A stretch of DNA of 64,000 bases from an uncultured Clostridia bacterium (lineage in GTDB: Bacteria > Acidobacteriota > Blastocatellia > Chloracidobacteriales > JADJPF01), in NCBI GenBank assembly GCA_964492845.1, contig CAZBMZ010000001.1, positions 273,643 to 337,642 of the forward strand, written 5' to 3'. The notes under the pieces are model-generated. The model was not told the DNA's origin. It ran no database searches and was given only the letters and a program-made list of their open reading frames with translations. The translations under genes were made by a program, and so were the position numbers. This document shows positions 58,693 through 64,000 of this stretch, one piece after another (within the stretch, counting starts at the first letter, position 1; each line of letters starts with the position of its first letter).

Positions 58693-60711
58693 TTAGTTAT
58701 GCTCAAAAGTTATATTAAAAATAATAGGTTTATCTAAGTTTTTGTTTGATGATAGCACTTTAGCAATAGATTCAACTTTTTCATTTCCCTGAGAAATATT
58801 TATGGCTACTTTTTCTGCCATTTGTTGAAATTGTTCCCATTCATCAATTTTTCCAACTACTAATAAATATCCAGGCTTACTATTAAGAAAACTAGGTGCT
58901 GCTAGGGGCTGTGCAGAAAAAATAATAGTGTAATTTTCTTGTCCATGCTGATTATTAAATGAAATTACTCTGTTATCTCCACTATCTGTAGCTCCATTAG
59001 GAAAAACTAGCTTTTCACCTTCTTCTATCTTATTGCTAGTTAAACCAGTTGCAGGACTAGGATTATTAGTTAAAAATGTGGTGAGATTATTACCTTCACC
59101 TAAACCTAATATATATAAATAGCCTGATTTTTTAGCTAAAAAATGAAATTTAATATCATCTTGACTAGAAATAGTTTTTACATCAGCCTTTTTTATAGAG
59201 CTATTATCTGTTTTATCCTTTGGTAATATTTCTAGCCAATATTCTAATACTTCTACCTTTTCTTGTTTTATTAAAGGAGTATTAGAAACAATTTCTGGAG
59301 TAGGAATTATTGCAGGTTGAGACATAGTTTTCCAAAACATCCAACCCATTATAGCTATTGCACTTATAACTAAAATGCTAATTATGGGAACAGGTATAGA
59401 TCTACTTGTGTTTTCTTTAACTACAATCTCTTGAGGTTTGTTATTAATTACAGTGTTAATTTTTTCTGTTACAGTAGTATTACTTTTAGAATTTTCTTGC
59501 GTATCTGTAGCCTGTTGTAAAAGAGTATCACTTTTTTCTTTAATTATAGTGTTTTTAATAGTTTGGTTTTTAGTTGTATCTGGATTAGTTGCTTCTGCTG
59601 ATGCTAGTAAAGTTCCTAGGTTTTCTTTAGTTTCCTGACTAACTAAAGTAGCTTCAACTATTTTAGTTGCTGCTACTTCTGAGTTTTCTTTAGTTTTTCC
59701 AGCATCAGAGTTAATTTTAGTGTCTGATTTTTCTCCAACTAGAGTTTGAGCTTGTGAAATATCATCTTCAAGATAAACTTCTGCTTTTAATGCTTTTCTA
59801 AGCTCATCAAAGAGTTCTTGACAGTTAGCCGGACGTTTAGCAGGCTCTTTAAGTATTGCTCTTTCTACCGTCTGGCTAAACTCTTTAGAAACATTGCTTA
59901 CTACATTACATAGTAGCGGAGGCATAGTAACAGAGTGATGATAGACTAAATTTTGAATAGTTTTTCCGCTAAAGGGTTTAGTTCCTGCTACTAATTCATA
60001 AAGTATTATTCCTAGGCTATAAATATCTGCACGCCCATCAATATCATCTCCATTCCATTGTTCTGGGGACATATAATGAGGAGTGCCTAAGATCTGGCCT
60101 GTAGCGGTAAGTGCTGTAGCATCTACACTATTAACTTTAGCAATACCTAAGTCTAAAAGTTTAACTGTAGGGCTACCATCTTTAGCCTTGCCAACCATTA
60201 TATTATCAGGCTTTAAGTCACGGTGGATTATTCCCATTGAATGGGCTACGGATAAGGCTTCTCCAATTGGGGTTAAGATTTCTACTGCTTCTTTAGGCGA
60301 AAATCTACGGCGTTTTTTTAGCTCATCACCTAAAGTTTTACCATCAACATATTCTAGCACCATATAAAACATACCATCAGCAGTAGTGCGTAAGTCGTGG
60401 ACTGAAACAACATTAGGATGACTAAATTGACGAGCAGTTTTTCCTTCTCTTAAAAAGCGTCTTTGATAATCAGCCGTTTTGCTAATTGAACTAGGCATTA
60501 TCTTTATAGCTACTTGATCCCCTAATAGAGCATGACGAGCAAGAAAAACTGCTCCCATACCGCCTTGACCTAGTAGTTTTTCAATAAAGTATTGTCCATC
60601 TAAAGTTGTACCAACTAAAGCAGTTAAGTCCTCTTCTAATATTTCATTATCATCAGGGCAGATGCTTAAAGTTTTTTCATATTGTTTTTTACAAATAGGA
60701 CAAATTTTCAT
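58693..60711 (-). CDS. Ser/Thr kinase-TM-DUF4384-like domain
   Basis: GQGGMG, HRDLKPDN, DLG, GTPHYMSPE; TM; F.F.....GYLYI... Confidence 0.88.
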   Translation of the reverse strand: MKICPICKKQYEKTLSICPDDNEILEEDLTALVGTTLDGQYFIEKLLGQGGMGAVFLARHALLGDQVAIKIMPSSISKTADYQRRFLREGKTARQFSHPNVVSVHDLRTTADGMFYMVLEYVDGKTLGDELKKRRRFSPKEAVEILTPIGEALSVAHSMGIIHRDLKPDNIMVGKAKDGSPTVKLLDLGIAKVNSVDATALTATGQILGTPHYMSPEQWNGDDIDGRADIYSLGIILYELVAGTKPFSGKTIQNLVYHHSVTMPPLLCNVVSNVSKEFSQTVERAILKEPAKRPANCQELFDELRKALKAEVYLEDDISQAQTLVGEKSDTKINSDAGKTKENSEVAATKIVEATLVSQETKENLGTLLASAEATNPDTTKNQTIKNTIIKEKSDTLLQQATDTQENSKSNTTVTEKINTVINNKPQEIVVKENTSRSIPVPIISILVISAIAIMGWMFWKTMSQPAIIPTPEIVSNTPLIKQEKVEVLEYWLEILPKDKTDNSSIKKADVKTISSQDDIKFHFLAKKSGYLYILGLGEGNNLTTFLTNNPSPATGLTSNKIEEGEKLVFPNGATDSGDNRVISFNNQHGQENYTIIFSAQPLAAPSFLNSKPGYLLVVGKIDEWEQFQQMAEKVAINISQGNEKVESIAKVLSSNKNLDKPIIFNITFEHN

Positions 60712-60951
60712 GATGGCTTAAATTAATAGTTTATTTTCATGGTTTTACAATTTTGCTGATTATTGGCTTTTTAAAAATGAGTTTGTATTTTATCACTGCC
60801 AAGCTTTTAACGCACAGTTATAGCCGCTAGATTTGCTCTAGCCAACAAGCCACAAAAAGCACTGGAAAAAGAAATTTACAAAGTATAACCTATGCACACT
60901 AAAGAAAAATGCCTATATCTTAATTTTTATAAACTAAGGACTAATTAATAT

Positions 60952-63258
60952 ATGCTAGAAACATCTCTTAGTGCTTTTTTAGGAATACTTTATATTGTTG
61001 TAGGTGCTGTTACGGTTTGGCTTATCTTTCATGCTTCTAGTCGTCTAAAAGATAAAGGAGCTAGCGCAAAACTTGTTAAAGGTCATCGTATCGGGGGCTA
61101 TGTCTTTATATTTCTTTTTTGTGTAATGACTTATTACATGGTCTTGAAAATTAAAGATGCTCCAGATGAACTAGCACTGCGTCCAATGCTTCATATGCTA
61201 ATAGCTATGCTGTTGATACCATTGATATTTATCAAAGTTTTAGTAGCTCGCTATTATAAAACTTATTACTCTGTACTAATGCCGCTAGGATTAATAATTT
61301 TCACTCTCTCATTTGTTATTGTAACAATGACGGTTGGCCCATATTTACTACGTCGGGCTACCATAAAAGAAGTTGCACTGGAATCAATAAATTTAGGTAA
61401 AAAGACTATAGATTTAGAAGCAGCACAAAGTTTAACACAAAATAAATGTGCTAAATGTCATGGATTAGATCGTGTGGTTGGAGTTCAAAAGGACGCTAGA
61501 GGCTGGCTTGCAACCGTTAATCGGATGCGTGCTTTGCCCGGCTCAGGAATTAATGAACCAGATGTAGCAACAATAGTTTCTTATCTAGTTTCACAAAACC
61601 CACAAATAGATGATAAAGGGCAAATGACTGAACAAGGAACAATGGACGCTGGAAAATCCTTAGTTGATACACGTTGCAATAAATGTCATGACCTTGATCG
61701 TACTTATTCAGCTAAAAAAAGTGCTGAAGAATGGCGGGCAACAGTTGTAAGAATGGTTACTTATTCTCAAGGTAATGGACTATTTAAGCCTGGGGATGAT
61801 GAAGCAATTATTAAATTTCTTGGCACTACACAAACGCCAGAAGCCGTAGCAAGCAGATCTGAAAAAGTTAAAGAGTTTGCTAGCAGCGGACAAAGTTTAC
61901 TTGGTGAGGTAAAACCCCCAACAATTTCTTTACCACCTTCTCCATTTAGCCCAAGAGCTTTAATTATAATGCTTGTGGCAGCTATAGTTTTAGGAATTAT
62001 GATGTTTTATAGACCTGGTAATCTGCCTTTAGGAATAGCTCTTGCGGCAGCTTCTCCTGCTATAGTAACTAGCCCAAGTCCAGAAACTTCACTTGCACCA
62101 ACAAGTAAAAGCCCTGTAAAAGGGCCTCAACCCCTTACACCTGAACCAAAAAAGGCTGCTTTGCTCTTACAACTTGCACGAATTGATCAGCAAACACATG
62201 ATGCTAAAACCCTACGGTTTTTACTGCCTCCAGGAGAAGTTTTTGCTGCACGAGCAGGGCAGTTTCTTACTTTTCAATGGATGATTGACGGTAAAAAAGT
62301 AGTACGTTCTTATACTATTTGTAGCTCACCTACTCAAACCGGATATATAGAAATTACTCCAAAACGGGTAGATGATGGCTATGCCTCAGTTTTTCTTAAT
62401 GAAAAGGCTGCCATCGGGTTAACTGTTGAAGCTAAAGGGCCTTCAGGACAATTTTATTTTGATGAAAATAAACATAGAAGAATTGTTTTAATTGCTGCTG
62501 GTAGTGGTATTACTCCGATGGTTTCTATTTTGCGCTACCTAGATGATCGTTGCTTAAATATTGACTCTACTTTAATTTATGGTGTCAGAACTAGCAAAGA
62601 CGTAATTTTTGAAAAAGAATTAATAAGACTAAAAGAAAGCTTGACTAATTTTAATTACTTAGTCAGCTTAACTACACCTGATGCAAATTGGCAAGGCCCA
62701 ACAGGGCGAATTAATCGTGCTTTGATAGAAAAAAATGTAAAAGATGTTTCAACATCAACTTTCTTTATCTGTGGCCCAAGACAATTTATGGATGAAATTA
62801 GCAAAATCTTACAAAGTATTGGTGCTAGCCCAGATCAAATAAAAATGGAAAGCTTTGGAGGTCGTCCACTTCTTTCACCGTCTGATAAAAATCCACAAGT
62901 TAGCGAAGAGCCAGCTAAAGAAGTAACAAAACCTGTAGAAGTAACAAAACCAGCAATAAAAACAACAACTTCTATTACAAAACCTTTGATTATGTCTGAT
63001 AATAGTGTGGAATTTGCACGTTCTCGCAAGATTTGTATTATTCCCCCTGAAAAAACCTTACTGGAAGTTGCAGAAATTAACAGCGTGACAATACCTTTTA
63101 GTTGTCGCCAAGGTCAATGTGGGACTTGTACAACTAGGTTACTTGAAGGTGAAGTAACTATGGAAGTAGAAGATGGTTTAGATCCAGAACTTAAGGAAGA
63201 AGGCTATATTTTGACTTGTGTTGGTTATGCTAAAGGCAAAGTCAAACTTGATGCTTAA
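60952..63258 (+). CDS. Membrane redox fusion: 4-TM His-containing domain + 2 CxxCH hemes + TM + FNR-like FAD/NAD domain + plant-type 2Fe-2S
   Basis: GHRIGG and LHML TM histidines; CAKCH, CNKCH; RSYTI, AAGSGITP, ICGP, ESF; CRQGQCGTC...LTC. Confidence 0.85.
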   Translation: MLETSLSAFLGILYIVVGAVTVWLIFHASSRLKDKGASAKLVKGHRIGGYVFIFLFCVMTYYMVLKIKDAPDELALRPMLHMLIAMLLIPLIFIKVLVARYYKTYYSVLMPLGLIIFTLSFVIVTMTVGPYLLRRATIKEVALESINLGKKTIDLEAAQSLTQNKCAKCHGLDRVVGVQKDARGWLATVNRMRALPGSGINEPDVATIVSYLVSQNPQIDDKGQMTEQGTMDAGKSLVDTRCNKCHDLDRTYSAKKSAEEWRATVVRMVTYSQGNGLFKPGDDEAIIKFLGTTQTPEAVASRSEKVKEFASSGQSLLGEVKPPTISLPPSPFSPRALIIMLVAAIVLGIMMFYRPGNLPLGIALAAASPAIVTSPSPETSLAPTSKSPVKGPQPLTPEPKKAALLLQLARIDQQTHDAKTLRFLLPPGEVFAARAGQFLTFQWMIDGKKVVRSYTICSSPTQTGYIEITPKRVDDGYASVFLNEKAAIGLTVEAKGPSGQFYFDENKHRRIVLIAAGSGITPMVSILRYLDDRCLNIDSTLIYGVRTSKDVIFEKELIRLKESLTNFNYLVSLTTPDANWQGPTGRINRALIEKNVKDVSTSTFFICGPRQFMDEISKILQSIGASPDQIKMESFGGRPLLSPSDKNPQVSEEPAKEVTKPVEVTKPAIKTTTSITKPLIMSDNSVEFARSRKICIIPPEKTLLEVAEINSVTIPFSCRQGQCGTCTTRLLEGEVTMEVEDGLDPELKEEGYILTCVGYAKGKVKLDA

Positions 63259-63309
63259 GTAAAATCTTTAGTTTAGTACGGCATAACTTAAGTTTTTTGG
63301 TATTCTTAA

Positions 63310-63526
63310 CTCTTAAGCCCCAACGGGGCGACAGATATATGTAGCGTAGGGCGTAAGCCCTACGTATTATAACGAGAAATTCCCGAAAGCCCCAGCGAGG
63401 CGACATAGCCTTTTCTTAACATTAAAAAAACTCTTACGCCCTTTCAGGGCTTGAAAAAACTTAGCTATTATTTCCTAGGATTGAACCCCTAAGCTACAGT
63501 TATGTCGCCCTTTCAGGGCTTAAGAG
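63310..63526. repeat. Composite REP/REPIN-like element made of inverted REP units
   Basis: Termini CTCTTAAGCCC/GGGCTTAAGAG; GCCCCAACGGGGCGAC and GTCGCCCTTTCAGGGC palindromes. Confidence 0.75.
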
Positions 63527-63633
63527 CAAAATACTTGATCTTTTAGTTTACAGTGTATTTAGTGAGATTAGTTTTTAGGAAAAGAGGGATTTATTTATAA
63601 TGGATCAAGTCTTTACTTAACAATTGTTTATCT

Positions 63634-64000
63634 ATGCAAGCTAACCAACAAAAATTTAGCGGTACAAAGCGTTTTGTCATTCAACATCGGCTAGGGGCCG
63701 GTGGGTTTGGTGAAGTGTATCAAGTTTATGATAAAGAACGGGATACAATTGTTGCACTAAAAACTTTACGTAATACTGAACCAGAAGCACTTTATAGGTT
63801 TAAGCAAGAATTTCGTACCATTGCTGATATTGTTCACCCTAATTTAGTTACCTTATATGAACTGTTGTCCGATGGCGAACAGTGGTTTTTTACTATGGAA
63901 CTGGTTAAAGGTGTAGAGTTTATTGATTATATAAATTTAAGTAAAACTGAAAATCAATTAATAAGTTTTAGCCGGTTAAAAAAAGCTTTAACTCAATTAG
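63634..64000 (+). CDS. Ser/Thr protein kinase, 3'-truncated by window edge (absent from ORF track)
   Basis: MQANQQKFSGTKRF...LGAGGFGEVY...VALK...RFKQEFR...HPNLVTLYEL...FFTMELV. Confidence 0.9.
   Translation, partial: MQANQQKFSGTKRFVIQHRLGAGGFGEVYQVYDKERDTIVALKTLRNTEPEALYRFKQEFRTIADIVHPNLVTLYELLSDGEQWFFTMELVKGVEFIDYINLSKTENQLISFSRLKKALTQL

Noticed and set aside
3804-63029. Short shadow ORFs (e.g. 3804, 6262, 6662, 7250, 9186, 12464, 18490, 19245, 19312, 19559, 21963, 25990, 29729, 35355, 35374, 42681, 43997, 50715, 51228, 53554, 59438, 60083, 62835)
   Set aside because: Antisense or out-of-frame overlaps of well-supported genes with no recognisable motifs
63310-63526. Possible CRISPR array
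   Set aside because: Units are degenerate, inverted and irregularly spaced; no cas genes; REP-like instead

Overview
AT-rich bacterial chromosomal window. The gene repertoire (eight Hanks-type or kinase-like Ser/Thr kinase genes, a TIGR02999/ECF43-type sigma factor, DUF4388-DnaJ and DUF4384 fusions) suggests an acidobacterium such as Blastocatellia; this is inference. Housekeeping genes (typA, gatB, nrdR, khpA, cyclophilin, glpD-like) are interspersed with signalling and envelope genes. Main observations: (1) a tRNA-Lys(CTT) split inside its anticodon (35/36) by a 273-nt group I intron, with P1/P10 pairings visible in the sequence; (2) a receptor kinase plus phosphorylation-type ECF sigma factor, preceded by two kinase-less copies of the kinase's membrane/sensor half, all three genes sharing one upstream motif and showing patchwork nucleotide identity; (3) a 365-bp non-autonomous IS200/IS605 element in that locus that keeps both ends and a probable TnpB omega/reRNA scaffold; (4) an MNIO (DUF692/DUF2063) RiPP operon with a Tat-type, polybasic, 3-Cys precursor; (5) unusual fusions: membrane/diheme-c/FNR/2Fe-2S, and kinase-like/DnaJ-CTD/DUF4190; (6) dispersed REP-like palindromes. 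No CRISPR array, rRNA or prophage was seen. All family assignments come from motif recognition by eye, not database searches.
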